Source of the DNA: Blepharisma stoltei ATCC 30299 | Taxonomy: Eukaryota; Protista; Ciliophora | DNA length: 64,000 nt | Direction of reading: 5' to 3' | Assembly: GCA_965603825.1 (NCBI GenBank) | Contig: CBFDEM010000017.1 | Coordinates: 186,001 to 250,000, forward strand | Shown: piece by piece, positions 49,812 to 60,868 of the stretch | Numbering within the stretch: the first letter of the stretch is position 1 | Layout: each line of letters begins with the position of its first letter | Program-made: the position numbers and the translations under genes | Notes under the pieces: generated by a model | The model's input: only the letters and a program-made list of their open reading frames with translations | The model's database searches: none | Told to the model about the DNA's origin: nothing

Positions 49812-50879
49812 TTATCTATCAGCTGTTACACTGGCTGTATCTGTTTTATTGGACTTTTCTATGTTGATTTTGAATGCTTTCTAAATGTAAATTACTTTTA
49901 GAATTTTAAAAATAATGACTTCAGACCTAGTATAAGATCTCCAATCAGGAATAGTTTTACTGTCTCCTCTTAATTCTTCGCATTGTTTTAGAGCTAAATA
50001 TACAACTGCAGCTGTAAATTTCATAATTGACCCTATTCCATCTGCTAAAAAATTCATCAAAATTAATGGATAAAATGATGGCGATATATAGCCTACAAGC
50101 ATATTGAACGCGATATCTTTTATAACTTTTTTCACACATTTTTCATTAATTTGGATTTCACCCATTTTTTCTTTAACTCTTTTAAAGATTTTCTTGACTA
50201 CTTTTTTGTGCTGAAAATCTGTCAAAGGAAAATGGAAAGAATAATTTTGACACTTTTCTTTATTTCGAGACTCTGCAATAAGAACTTGTAAAATTTGATA
50301 GGTTTCGTGCTCTTTCATAAATCAAAGCAAAATCTGTGTAACTCTAGGTAAAATCAAGCATACTTCGATATCGCTTGTTTTTTTATGAATTACATAGAGT
50401 ATTGATTTGCATGCAGTAGCTCCTCGATATGTTAAAAAACAGTTCAATAAATCTTTTCTCCCAAAAAGTGGATCATCTTCAGCAGGGAGATCTAGGAAGT
50501 TTAAATCGGGATCCAATTGATTTGTATAATCATAATATTCCGTTTTGGCGACATCATTATCATAAGTAATTAATTTTGAAATCACGTTTCTTATTAAATA
50601 GTTAGGGACTCCTTTTCGAATATCAAGACATAGCTGTAAATAAGCTGAGTTATTGAATTGAGGGCTTGATGTTTCTTCAATAAAATTTTGGTTGAGATCA
50701 ACATCTTTTCATCCTTGATAGAGAGCTTTTTGGAAAAAAGTATAATTTTCAAATTCAATATTACGATGATAGCCTGCTCAATCAAAGTATTCATTTCCAA
50801 CAAATCAATCTTCAGTTCTTATTGATATTAAATTGTCTTGCATATCATTGTATTGATTTTTTGTACAGCAATTTCCCAT
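49812..50879 (-). CDS. TBC1D24-like TBC domain protein with MGNCC N-terminus, no TLDc domain (350 aa)
   Basis: Four TGA read as Trp plus intron 49881-49895. Motifs IRKGVPN..R, LT.RG.....IL and C.ILPR..QILL(W)FM.E.ETY. Confidence 0.7.
49881..49895 (-). other. 15-nt intron gtaatttacatttag
   Basis: Matches the consensus with A at position 10; removal extends the ORF to TAA at 49812. Confidence 0.75.
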
Positions 50880-51109
50880 ATATTTTTATAAGACCGTTAT
50901 TCTTAATTTATATATCAGATTTTAATTTAGATCTCTTATGCAGAAATTCAAAAATAGGCTTTTACCGCACTGAATACCCTTCTATACAAAGGGAAATGGG
51001 TTATAGACAGCTTTTTAATCTTTTTAGTATTCTGATCAATATATATATTGAGTCGGAAATGAGAATTAACGTATATTTAAATGCAAAAATCTTTAAAAGA
51101 TCTTATTAC

Positions 51110-51667
51110 TTATTTCTCCCAATTCAATCTGTTATACTTGAATATCGCATATTCCTTATCCAGCTCATAATCTTTGTCATAATTTTTAAAATTTTCAATT
51201 GGCCCATACAGATCTTCTACTTTTTTTTTGATGTCAACGTCTTCTGCAAGCTTATTATTTATCCATTCAGCCATACTTTTGCTATCCGCATATTGGTTTG
51301 CATATAGCCAGAATTTGTATTTGGTATTTGATTTCCAAAATTCGTCAATTGTTGGGAATGGCCCTGTCTTTCCTCTTAAATGGTATGGACCCTTATCACC
51401 TCTCTTCAATTGGCTGAAGTTTATTGTTTCTTTGCATTCATATTTGTCGGCTAGCTTAAAAAGATCGAGGTATTCATCTTCAAAGTCGTAATAACCTGTT
51501 GTTCCTTCCATTTTGTCCCAAAATGAAGGTGGTCCAAAGACCTTGACCAATTGTGCTGGAGAGGTTTCAACCCTAACTTTGCAGCTGTAATATTTATTGA
51601 GAACAATCAAGCTGGTATCATAGACTCTCCATGCTTTATACCCTCTTTTTAGAGCTGAAGAAATCAT
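51110..51667 (-). CDS. Hypothetical protein, possibly mitochondrial (185 aa)
   Basis: ATG at 51667 (MISSALKRGY resembles a short presequence); aromatic-rich globular sequence. Confidence 0.7.
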   Translation of the reverse strand: MISSALKRGYKAWRVYDTSLIVLNKYYSCKVRVETSPAQLVKVFGPPSFWDKMEGTTGYYDFEDEYLDLFKLADKYECKETINFSQLKRGDKGPYHLRGKTGPFPTIDEFWKSNTKYKFWLYANQYADSKSMAEWINNKLAEDVDIKKKVEDLYGPIENFKNYDKDYELDKEYAIFKYNRLNWEK

Positions 51668-51806
51668 TATTAGAAAATTTACATGGCAAAAACCCTTCAA
51701 TGAAAATTTAAACACAAGTGACTAATTTTTAATATTTTTTCTATCCAAAATTATCAAAAAATTTACAATAAAAAATAAAGGCCAATTCTTCATAAATAAA
51801 ATTAAA

Positions 51807-54800
51807 ATGAGTAGTAGATCTCCTCTATCACCAATCTCTGCGACTGATAGTCCTCGACATTTTGAGTATGTTGATGAAGCGATTCCATTAATTCACAATA
51901 CTCCTGATGGCAATTCATTTGAAATCAACCCGGATGCAATGGCATTCTTATCTTCTTTGTCATCGCCAATAGCAATCATTGGTGTTGCTGGAATGTATCG
52001 GACTGGGAAATCATATCTTTTGAATCGAGTTTTGTTAGATCAAAAAGGCGGCTTTGGTGTAGGTCCTTCAATTAACCCTTGCACGAAAGGGATTTGGCTT
52101 TGGGGAAGACCTATACCAGGAACAACAGATGATGGTAAGATATGCTCTATTGTGGTCCTGGACTCTGAAGGAATAGGCGCTCTTGATGAAGACTCAGATC
52201 ATGACACTAGAATTTTTTCACTGGCTCTCTTAATAAGCTCCTGCTTTATTTACAACTCAGTTGGGGCAATAGATGAAAGCGCTTTACAGAATTTGTCATT
52301 AGTGGTTAACTTGACAAAGCATATTCATATAAAAACAAGGCAATCTGATGAGACTGATAGTGAAGAATACGCAGCTTATATGCCAAGCTTTGTTTGGGTG
52401 CTTAGAGACTTTGCTCTTCAACTGGTAGACTCAGAAGGGGAAAGCTTAACACCTAAGGAATATCTTGAAAAAGCTCTCCAACCTCAAAAAGGGTTCTCAG
52501 ATTCAATTGAAGATAAAAATAGAATCAGAAGACTTCTTAAAGAATTCTTTAAAGATAGAGACTGCTTTACCCTAATAAGACCTACAACTAAGGAAGATGA
52601 CCTACAGAATTTAGAAGAAAAACCCCTTGAAAGCTTGAGACCTGAATTCCAAGAACAAGTGATACAATTAAGAAAAAGGGTTATCGGAAGGATAAGGCCG
52701 AAAACAGTCAACAATAAATGTCTGAATGGCGAAATGCTTGCAAATTTAGTCAAAAATTATATAGAAGCTATCAATATTGGCGTTGTGCCTAATATAGAAA
52801 GTGCTTGGAATTACATATGTAAAACAGAATGTACCAAAGCTGTTGAGGATGCTCAAGATATTTATGAAAAAATTCTAATGAGCAGCGTATCCCACAGATT
52901 TCCTATAAATGAAGAAGATTTAAAGTTACTGCATAAAGAGGCTAAAGAAGCCGCAATGGATCATTTTAATAAAATTGCTGTTGGGACTGACAGGGATGTA
53001 TATTTAAAGCAGCTTAAAGAAACCCTTGCTCAAAAATATGATGGTCTTAAAGCTGACAATGAGCTCGAAGCCCAAAGAAAATGTGAAAAATTTTTAACAG
53101 ACAATTTCCAAGTTATTGACCAAAAATTGAAAAATGGGGAAATTAAAAGTTTCTTGGATTTTGAGGCAAATTTAAGAAAATTGCAGCAGTTTTATATTGA
53201 GCATGGACCTGATGGGCCTTTTAGAAATGAAATTTTATTAGAATTTTGCTTAGGTAAGTATTCAGCTGTAAGTGATTTTTTCTTAAAAAATCTGACAAAT
53301 GAGTTGAATTTGAAAGACCAGTTGACAAATGACCAAATAATGAGGCTTGAAACAGAGGTAAGAGAAGCAAAAGAAGATCTTATGAGGGAAAAAGATGAAT
53401 GGCATAGAAAGTACACAGCTGCTATAAGTGAAAAAGCTGAGCTTTCTGCTAAAGAACAAAATTTAAAAGAGCAAGTCCAAAACATGAAGCTAGAAAGAGA
53501 ACAAGTCGAAAAAGAGCTAAGAAACGGCCTTAAAAACGCCAAAAACGAGCTTTTACAACAGATTGAATCTGCTAACAATAAAGCTTGGGAATCTGAAGAA
53601 AAAATGAAAGATGCAGAACGATCAGTTAACCACAAAGAAGCTGAATTCCAAGAAGCCAAAGCCTTATTAGACCAAAAAATAAAATATCTAGAAACAAGCT
53701 TAGAAGAATCCCGAAGGCGAGAAAAAGAGTACATGAATGACTTAAAATCTCAGAAAAAAGATCATACTTCTTCAGTAAAAGATATACATTCCAGGTTCGA
53801 AAATCAGCTTAAAAACTACCAGTCTCGTCTTGAGTCAGAAACTGAAAAAATTTCTGAGCTAGAAAGGGAGCTAGAAGAAAAAGAAAATTTATATGAAAGA
53901 TCCAAGGCTAATTGGGAAGAAACTGAGCTGAGGCTGAAATCAATGAATGATGATTATTTATCACAATTAGAAATGCTGAAAACTAAATTAGATAGAAAAG
54001 AAAACGAGACCAAGAAAAAAATAGCAGAACTTGTCAGAGACCATGAATCCTCAATTACCAAGCTTCAAGCAAAGTTTGAAGAAGTCGACCAAAAATTCAA
54101 ACAAACAGATGAAACTCTAAAATCCCAACAAGTACAATGGCAAAAAGAAAATGCTATTTTAGCTCAAAAATTAGAATTTTCAGAGCAGCACTATGAAGAA
54201 ACTAAATCTCAGCTTGAAGAAGAAAGAAGACAGCACGCAAACATGCTTCGTTCAATCCAAGCCACCTCAGGTGAAAACGCTCGTGAAGAGACTGAAGCTC
54301 AGCTTCAAAAATTGCGCCAAAAATACATGGAAGATATGAAAAGCCAAGAAATTGAAATTGAAAGCACCAAAAAGAAATTCACAAGCCAAGTCGAAGATTT
54401 ATTAAAGAAAAATGCAGAACTAGAGTTCCAAATTAAAGTAGAAACCAATGAATGGAGCAATAAAGAAAAAAATTTCCAGGAAGAGCTGACTGTTGTTACA
54501 GAAGACAGAAATAAATTGCAGGAGCAATGCAATGAACTGCAAAAGAGACTTCAACAGTTTTCAGAAGAGGCTGAAGCAAAATTAAAGAAAAGAATAAAAA
54601 CACTGGAAAATACATTGGAAGAGCTAAGGACAAAGACAAATGATGAAATCCAAGCTGCAAATGCAAGGGCTGAAAGCTCGTATCAACAGCTTAAAGAGTT
54701 TTATGAAGAAGAGAAGAAAAGGATGGAAGGAAGGCTACAAGAAGAAAAAGAAAGGGCGGATAAGAAGTATAATATTATGTCTGAAGAATACGAAGACAGA

Positions 54801-56741
54801 TTAAGACAAGAAGCTGATGCATATGAAGACGATTTGGCTGCTAAAGAAGACGAGCTACATGACCTAGAAGCTTATTATAATGATGAAATCACCCAATTGA
54901 AGCACCAATCAGGACTTGACACCCAAAAAATTGAAACCCTTGAAAAATACTTAAAAGATAACAAAGAACAAATTGAAGCTATGCAAAAGACTCATAACTT
55001 GTCAATGGAACAGCTGCAGGAAAGAATGAACTCAGAAAGAGCAAGCCTAGTAGAAAAAGTCGAAAAAATGGCTAGTGAGCTTGCTGCAAAAGAAAGAGAA
55101 TTAAGCTCAGTTTCTTATAAAAAAGAACAATTAGAGTCCCAGTTGGCAAATAAAGAAGCTGAACTCTCTGATGTAAAGGAACAATATGATAGAGAAAAAC
55201 AAACTTTGGCTGAAAAATTCGAGCTTGCAAAGCAGTCTTATCAGAAAATTAATGATGAATACACTCAGAAGAAAAGCGATTTTAAGAGAGAAATGGCACT
55301 TTCTCAGCAGGAAAATGAATTCAAGGCTAAAAGAATTAGTGATTTAGAGAAGTCACTGCAGGAAGCTGAAGAAAAATATAATGAAACATTAAAAAGCTTA
55401 AAAGATGAGTCTGGAGAAGAATTGTCGACAACGATTCAAAAATTGACAAAAGAAAAAGAAAGTCTTGAAGAGAAGCTGAACCAAAAGAAAAAATCACTCA
55501 AAGAGTTGGCTACAAGTTCTTCAAAAAATATAAGCAGCTTAGAAAAAGAAAAAGCAGTTCTGGCTGAAAAGCTTGCTAATTTAGAAGCCAAAAAGCAAGA
55601 CATGGAAAATCGCCTAAGAGCTGACATTGAACATCTTCAAGTTCAGCTTAAAGAGAAAAAGGACTCAGAAAGCACCGACAAGATGTCTGTTCACTTAGAA
55701 AATGAAAGACTTAAAACCATGATGCAAGAAATGGAAAAAGACATTTCTGAAAGAAATTCTGCCTTTGAAAGAGAAAGAATTTTATGGGAAAATAAGTTTA
55801 ACTTCCTAACCCAACAGAGGGATTCCGCAAAAGCAGATTTAGCTGAATCTCAAAGAAAGTTTGATATTACAGTTGAAAACTTACAAAAAAGAAGTGCAGC
55901 TGAAAAAGAAAAACAAGAATCTGCTACTAATTTATTAATTTCTTCAATTGAAACGAGATTTACAACTCAAATTAAAGACATGCAGGAAGCTCATGCTTCA
56001 TCTCTTAGCGAAACTATTGATAAAAATAAAATCCTTGAAAGAGACTTAAGAGCAGTAAAAGAAGAACTAGAACTCGTTAAAAGAGGGAGATCAAGTGAGT
56101 CAGGGTCTCTTGAAAAAAGAGTCAAAGATTTATCAGAAAGTGAGCAAAGACTATTAGCTGAAATTGACGCTTTGAAAAAAGATAGAGAAAGAAGAATTGA
56201 AGAACTCAGTGAATCAGCAAACTACGAAAAAGAACAGCTTAAAACAAAACTTGCTGATTATGAAAAAAGAGCTAAAGAAGCTGAACATCAAAAAGGTCAG
56301 CTGTTTTTAGACCTTGAAAAGGAAAGAGCAAAATGGAATATGGAAAAAGACCATTTATTAGCTCAAAAAAATGAAGCTATGGACTCGTTAGAGAGGTCAG
56401 AAAAAAGAAGAGAGTCACTTGTAAGGGATAATGAAAAACTGAGAGCTGAAAAAGGGAAAAGGGTTGGAGGAGCTTTTGCACAGAGACCACCTGGAAGCAG
56501 CCAATTCAATAAAGGTGTTACTGGGCTTTTCCAAAATGCAGGAATATCGTTTGAAGAATTTTCTAAAGAAAAAGAAAGCCAAGACACCAGTGGAAACTCA
56601 AGCCCTAGAAGTTCCACTGCAGGAACTGCTAGTCCACTTCCTCCTATGAGAGCAAGAAGCCCAATATCGTCAAGAAATCATAGATCAAGCTCTGGATTTG
56701 ATTTCAACAAGATAGGCGAAAAGAAAGAAGGAGAAAAATAA
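51807..56741 (+). CDS. Guanylate-binding protein (GBP/atlastin-family GTPase) with very long coiled coil (1644 aa)
   Basis: GMYRTGKSYLLN, CTKGIWLW, LDSEG, FIYNS, WVLRDF, RDCFTL, followed by more than 1000 aa of heptad-rich helix. Confidence 0.93.
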   Translation: MSSRSPLSPISATDSPRHFEYVDEAIPLIHNTPDGNSFEINPDAMAFLSSLSSPIAIIGVAGMYRTGKSYLLNRVLLDQKGGFGVGPSINPCTKGIWLWGRPIPGTTDDGKICSIVVLDSEGIGALDEDSDHDTRIFSLALLISSCFIYNSVGAIDESALQNLSLVVNLTKHIHIKTRQSDETDSEEYAAYMPSFVWVLRDFALQLVDSEGESLTPKEYLEKALQPQKGFSDSIEDKNRIRRLLKEFFKDRDCFTLIRPTTKEDDLQNLEEKPLESLRPEFQEQVIQLRKRVIGRIRPKTVNNKCLNGEMLANLVKNYIEAINIGVVPNIESAWNYICKTECTKAVEDAQDIYEKILMSSVSHRFPINEEDLKLLHKEAKEAAMDHFNKIAVGTDRDVYLKQLKETLAQKYDGLKADNELEAQRKCEKFLTDNFQVIDQKLKNGEIKSFLDFEANLRKLQQFYIEHGPDGPFRNEILLEFCLGKYSAVSDFFLKNLTNELNLKDQLTNDQIMRLETEVREAKEDLMREKDEWHRKYTAAISEKAELSAKEQNLKEQVQNMKLEREQVEKELRNGLKNAKNELLQQIESANNKAWESEEKMKDAERSVNHKEAEFQEAKALLDQKIKYLETSLEESRRREKEYMNDLKSQKKDHTSSVKDIHSRFENQLKNYQSRLESETEKISELERELEEKENLYERSKANWEETELRLKSMNDDYLSQLEMLKTKLDRKENETKKKIAELVRDHESSITKLQAKFEEVDQKFKQTDETLKSQQVQWQKENAILAQKLEFSEQHYEETKSQLEEERRQHANMLRSIQATSGENAREETEAQLQKLRQKYMEDMKSQEIEIESTKKKFTSQVEDLLKKNAELEFQIKVETNEWSNKEKNFQEELTVVTEDRNKLQEQCNELQKRLQQFSEEAEAKLKKRIKTLENTLEELRTKTNDEIQAANARAESSYQQLKEFYEEEKKRMEGRLQEEKERADKKYNIMSEEYEDRLRQEADAYEDDLAAKEDELHDLEAYYNDEITQLKHQSGLDTQKIETLEKYLKDNKEQIEAMQKTHNLSMEQLQERMNSERASLVEKVEKMASELAAKERELSSVSYKKEQLESQLANKEAELSDVKEQYDREKQTLAEKFELAKQSYQKINDEYTQKKSDFKREMALSQQENEFKAKRISDLEKSLQEAEEKYNETLKSLKDESGEELSTTIQKLTKEKESLEEKLNQKKKSLKELATSSSKNISSLEKEKAVLAEKLANLEAKKQDMENRLRADIEHLQVQLKEKKDSESTDKMSVHLENERLKTMMQEMEKDISERNSAFERERILWENKFNFLTQQRDSAKADLAESQRKFDITVENLQKRSAAEKEKQESATNLLISSIETRFTTQIKDMQEAHASSLSETIDKNKILERDLRAVKEELELVKRGRSSESGSLEKRVKDLSESEQRLLAEIDALKKDRERRIEELSESANYEKEQLKTKLADYEKRAKEAEHQKGQLFLDLEKERAKWNMEKDHLLAQKNEAMDSLERSEKRRESLVRDNEKLRAEKGKRVGGAFAQRPPGSSQFNKGVTGLFQNAGISFEEFSKEKESQDTSGNSSPRSSTAGTASPLPPMRARSPISSRNHRSSSGFDFNKIGEKKEGEK

Positions 56742-56846
56742 GAATCAATAAACTAAAATACTAGTCTAAGCATTAAGGCTAAATAATCTATTTATATAAT
56801 AAAAAATTGCACAAATTCCTATTTATTTTATGACAAAAATCTTTCG

Positions 56847-57662
56847 TTAAAGTTTAGGATTAATAAGATTCGATTTTAATGGCAGTACAAGAAGGGTATG
56901 AACTTGATTCGGATGTGGCCTAGGAAAAACTCTTTTTCCATCTACAACTAAATCTCCATAATAAGTAGTTTTCACCATTCATGGATTAAATTTTTTTCAA
57001 TAAGGAAATCTTGTATCTAAAGAGCAAGCATAACAAAATTTCATATCATTTAAATACCCCAATGCTGATACAATGGCATTGATATAAATTGTAAGCCTTG
57101 CTGTCCTAAATTCTGGCAAAATAGATAAATTAGATGCATAAAGCACTTCTTTAGGATTGACATATTTTTTATTTGAAATATTGTCATTAGACATATCAAA
57201 TATAAAAGGCAGACTTTCTGATGTTATTTTATGAATAAAATCAATTTTTTTCCAAAATTCTCTTGCCCTAGCTCTCTCAAATGATTTTTCAGGATAAGAG
57301 GCTTTAGGTGCAGCAGTTACTAATCCTGCGATTTTTCCATTAACTTTGGCACAGACGCTGTATTTTAAAAAGTCTGAATGCTCTTCATAATCTATAATTC
57401 TATGCTGTATTCAGTCCTCTGGAGCTATATTTAATTGTTTTGAGATATCCATGTCTGCTTGGCATTTTCCAATTATTTCCCGATATATTGGCATTTCATT
57501 TTTTCTTAGAAGACTTAATGTGATTTTTTCAGTACAATTTCATACATTTCCATTAGAAAATTTAATTAGTTCTGACTTGCATGCTGGACTAGTATCAATT
57601 AGATTGAACGCTCTTTGAAAATCCCCTCTAAACAGTCACGAAAGGTCACAAGTAGCTTCCAT
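56847..57662 (-). CDS. GNAT-like N-acetyltransferase with PTS1-like -PKL end (271 aa)
   Basis: Open only when five TGA are read as Trp. KVNGKIAGLVTA strand and motif-A-like NLSILPEFR; ends INPKL-TAA. Confidence 0.65.
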
Positions 57663-57771
57663 ATTAATTCTTTCAATAATTAAAATATTTTCAAAAAAAC
57701 CTCTACTACCCATTTCCCATCAGCTTATTAAAACATCTATTACCTAAAATTCCTAAAAGCTGCTATTTAGC

Positions 57772-58401
57772 TTAGTAAGTCTTGACGTCCACATCTGGAT
57801 TATCGAATTCATCAATCATCATTTTCAGTTCATCATTATTGCTGAATACCGATTTATCTTGGTTCATCTTCATATGGTGCCACATATCAGAAAGCCAGTT
57901 CAGCTGCACATTGCTGCAGTATTCTACCATATCTAGCATTTCTTGGTAGCATTCTGGGTTGAATTTCTCTCCAGGCTTCTCCAGAATTTGAGGGAGCAGA
58001 GTATTTCCTTCGCATTTCTTATAAGCTCTAAAACGGAAGAAACAGACAGTATTTTTGTCTCTTAACGTGTCAGCGTAGCTGAGGGAGACTGTTCTTGTGC
58101 CGAATTCTTTAGCTTTGCTTCTCTGGTATGAATTGGATTTGCCTGTAGGGTTGTAGCCGTGGTGAGGTTTAAAACGCCAGCCATCTGGGGAGTTATAGTT
58201 TTTATGCAGAGGCATAGTGATGTAGTATTGCTCTGTTTTAGGGTCCCAGTAGAAAATCTTGTAGAATAAGCGAAAATAGTCTTTAAGCTTTTGACGCTCC
58301 CATACTGCATCAGTTCTGAGACGGACTTCACGTTGGTATTCTTCCCAATCAATCCCTTTATTGGAGAAGTCATACCCAGGGTCATATTTCATGAACGCCA
58401 T
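57772..58401 (-). CDS. Extended COX6B-like cytochrome c oxidase subunit
   Basis: CX9C (CFFRFRAYKKC) and CX10C (CYQEMLDMVEYC) followed by W-x4-W; codon usage suggests high expression. Confidence 0.6.
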   Translation of the reverse strand: MAFMKYDPGYDFSNKGIDWEEYQREVRLRTDAVWERQKLKDYFRLFYKIFYWDPKTEQYYITMPLHKNYNSPDGWRFKPHHGYNPTGKSNSYQRSKAKEFGTRTVSLSYADTLRDKNTVCFFRFRAYKKCEGNTLLPQILEKPGEKFNPECYQEMLDMVEYCSNVQLNWLSDMWHHMKMNQDKSVFSNNDELKMMIDEFDNPDVDVKTY

Positions 58402-58577
58402 TAAAAATTATTGCAAAGATAAGGAAAGGAGGATTTAATGTGATTTAAATTTAGATTTATGAGGGAAAATGAAAATAAAGTACTTTTTGTAAAAATTTAA
58501 CGTGAAAAATAAATTTTTCTTTCATTTTGAGGGTAATTATTTGTTTTTATAATAATTAATTTCATAATCTAGTTCAA

Positions 58578-58880
58578 TTATAGCTTTTTTGCTGATATTT
58601 TTTCTTCTATCTTAGAAATTCTGATTTTTATTCCATCTGTTCGTTTTTTTATTCTTTCTAATCTGGCTTTATATTTTTCAATAGACTCGCATGCAGCTGT
58701 AATTTTTGATTCATCAATAATGGCAGACAGCTCTTTAATTCCTTGAAGTTTTTCTTCTAAGGCGCTCAATGTTTTATGTAGTTCATTTTGCGAAATTTCT
58801 ACTTTTTCTGCAGTGCTTGAACAAATCGTGGTTACGTTTTCCAAAGCTTTATTTAAAGCTGATTCTATTTCTTGTGCCAT
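58578..58880 (-). CDS. Small coiled-coil protein, Snapin/BLOC-1 subunit-like
   Basis: 100 aa with SQNEL...L..L and Y.ARL.RIK.R...I..R patterns; family call is tentative. Confidence 0.5.
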   Translation of the reverse strand: MAQEIESALNKALENVTTICSSTAEKVEISQNELHKTLSALEEKLQGIKELSAIIDESKITAACESIEKYKARLERIKKRTDGIKIRISKIEEKISAKKL

Positions 58881-59038
58881 TTATCTAATTATTTCATATT
58901 TATTTAGCTATCTCCTCAAAAAACATAGGCCGCTATGTGTTGTGGCAGATAGAAATTATTTGATCAGCTCTATTTTTAATTAAATTAATTTTTGGAATTA
59001 TTTTTGTAATTTATTATAATTATTTCCGTTAACTGCCA

Positions 59039-60832
59039 ATGCTAGATTCAAGACTTGAAATTCAGCTATGTAGCTTGATAATGAAGATTGTAGAAGGAGA
59101 AAGAAGTGTCGAATATTTAAGGAATCGACTGTGCGATTATCCAGATTTCAATCCATATAAAGCATTCGAAAACCTTTCTTTCAGAGATTCAGGAGTTCTC
59201 ATACCAAGAGACTTCAAAGATTACTTAGGAGATAAAAGCGCTAAATTTTCCGATAATGACTTCTATTTACTAGTAAGGCAATACAGCTCTGGACTTAACG
59301 GACGGCTAAATCGCGAAGATTTTTTTCAGCTTGTGCTACCATCCACAAATAGCATTTCCAGAGATATCGCATTGAGTAGAAGACTTTTCTACCGAGAAAC
59401 TTTCAGCTACGAAGTCAGCCTAAAATTGTTAATTGAAAAAGAGCTAACTTTGCAAAGAGAGCTTGAAAATATAAAAGCTGATTTATATAGAGAGCCTGGC
59501 TATACAGTTAGAAAAGCGTTTTTAGCGCTTGATAAAGCAGAAAAAGGATATATAAGAGAAGCAGATATAATAGACTTTACAAGAAGATTCGGGCATTATT
59601 TAAGCCAGAGTGATATGGATTGCTTTCTTAGAAGAGTTGATACCCAAGATGATGGGCTAGTTACTTTTGAAGAATTTCTTGATGTTTTATTGCCTTTGCA
59701 TAGCAGCAATCTTGGGGCTTCTGCACTCAGCAAGTCATACCAAAACTTCGGAAAATCAAATGGAAGCCCAGAAAAACCATACGAAAATCTAAGTAAATCA
59801 TATGAAAATTTTAATAGGCCATCACCAAAACAAGAAGAAAGTCATCAGGAACCAGAAATACCAAAAAAGAAAGAAGAGGAGCCTATAAAGTTTAATGGTG
59901 AGTCTGAAGATAAAGTAGAGCAAGGAGGAGATTCATCTGACCAAGATAAGAGGCTAGAATTAAACGAAGAAGATTTAGACAATTTAGAAGAAGAAAAAGA
60001 AGATCTTTTATCCCCTGAAAACCAAATTTTAAGTCCAAAATTCAATCAAAAAGAACTCACTGTTGGAGATCTACAAAATATGCAAAACTATGAAACCCCA
60101 GAAAAAGAGTCAGAAAATGTACAAAGAGAAGCTGAGCCAAAAAAGCTTTATTCAGAAACTTCAATTGAAAACGAAGTTTCAAACTTTCTCATTTTGCAGC
60201 TTCTTTGTGAGCGCAGAATCGAATACTACCGCCAAAACCTCGCTATGATGAAAGAATTCTCTCTCCCAAAATTCTTCGAGTTAATCGATAAAAGTGGCCA
60301 AGGAGAAATCCTTATTTCTGATATGGACGAATTTTTAAAAGATCTCGGCGTTGACCCTACAAATGACGATTTATGGATTTTATTTAAAAGATTTGGCAAT
60401 AAAGATATCGTCATGAAGCTATCGCTAGATGCCATAAAAGACATCATAAACCCTAAAGCTGAAGAATACCAATTCATGACGGCTGAAAAAGAAGACTGGA
60501 GCTTTTCAGAAGAATGTTTAAGAAAAATCGTAGAGCTTTTTGCTGTTATTTTTGATACTGAAAGAAAAATTGAGGACAAAAGAAATGAACTAAATTCATT
60601 GCCTGACGCAGATATCGGGATGAGATTTAATGCAATTGATGCTGATGGGGATGGAGAAATAAATGATAACGACTTAATGGCTGCTCTTGACAGAGTAGGA
60701 ATCCAAACTACTAGTTTTGATAGGAAATTATTGCTAGCTAGATACTCAAATAGCTTGGAAAGAAATATTTCCCTTGAAGACTTCTCAAAAGAAGTCCTCC
60801 CAATTATCCCTAATGATGAAGATGCTTTTTAA
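59039..60832 (+). CDS. Multi-EF-hand protein with internally duplicated module (597 aa)
   Basis: EF loops DKAEKGYI, DTQDDGLVTFEEF, DKSGQGEI and DADGDGEINDND. Repeated E(R).(V/I)E..R..L units around an acidic linker. Confidence 0.85.
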   Translation: MLDSRLEIQLCSLIMKIVEGERSVEYLRNRLCDYPDFNPYKAFENLSFRDSGVLIPRDFKDYLGDKSAKFSDNDFYLLVRQYSSGLNGRLNREDFFQLVLPSTNSISRDIALSRRLFYRETFSYEVSLKLLIEKELTLQRELENIKADLYREPGYTVRKAFLALDKAEKGYIREADIIDFTRRFGHYLSQSDMDCFLRRVDTQDDGLVTFEEFLDVLLPLHSSNLGASALSKSYQNFGKSNGSPEKPYENLSKSYENFNRPSPKQEESHQEPEIPKKKEEEPIKFNGESEDKVEQGGDSSDQDKRLELNEEDLDNLEEEKEDLLSPENQILSPKFNQKELTVGDLQNMQNYETPEKESENVQREAEPKKLYSETSIENEVSNFLILQLLCERRIEYYRQNLAMMKEFSLPKFFELIDKSGQGEILISDMDEFLKDLGVDPTNDDLWILFKRFGNKDIVMKLSLDAIKDIINPKAEEYQFMTAEKEDWSFSEECLRKIVELFAVIFDTERKIEDKRNELNSLPDADIGMRFNAIDADGDGEINDNDLMAALDRVGIQTTSFDRKLLLARYSNSLERNISLEDFSKEVLPIIPNDEDAF

Positions 60833-60868
60833 TTAACTATTCTTAGTTTATAATAATTTTCTTAGGTT

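Noticed and set aside
50822-51307. 161-aa plus-strand ORF and the many other antisense or overlapping ORFs in the track
   Set aside because: They are shadows of real genes on the opposite strand or frame, with F/S/L-rich composition.
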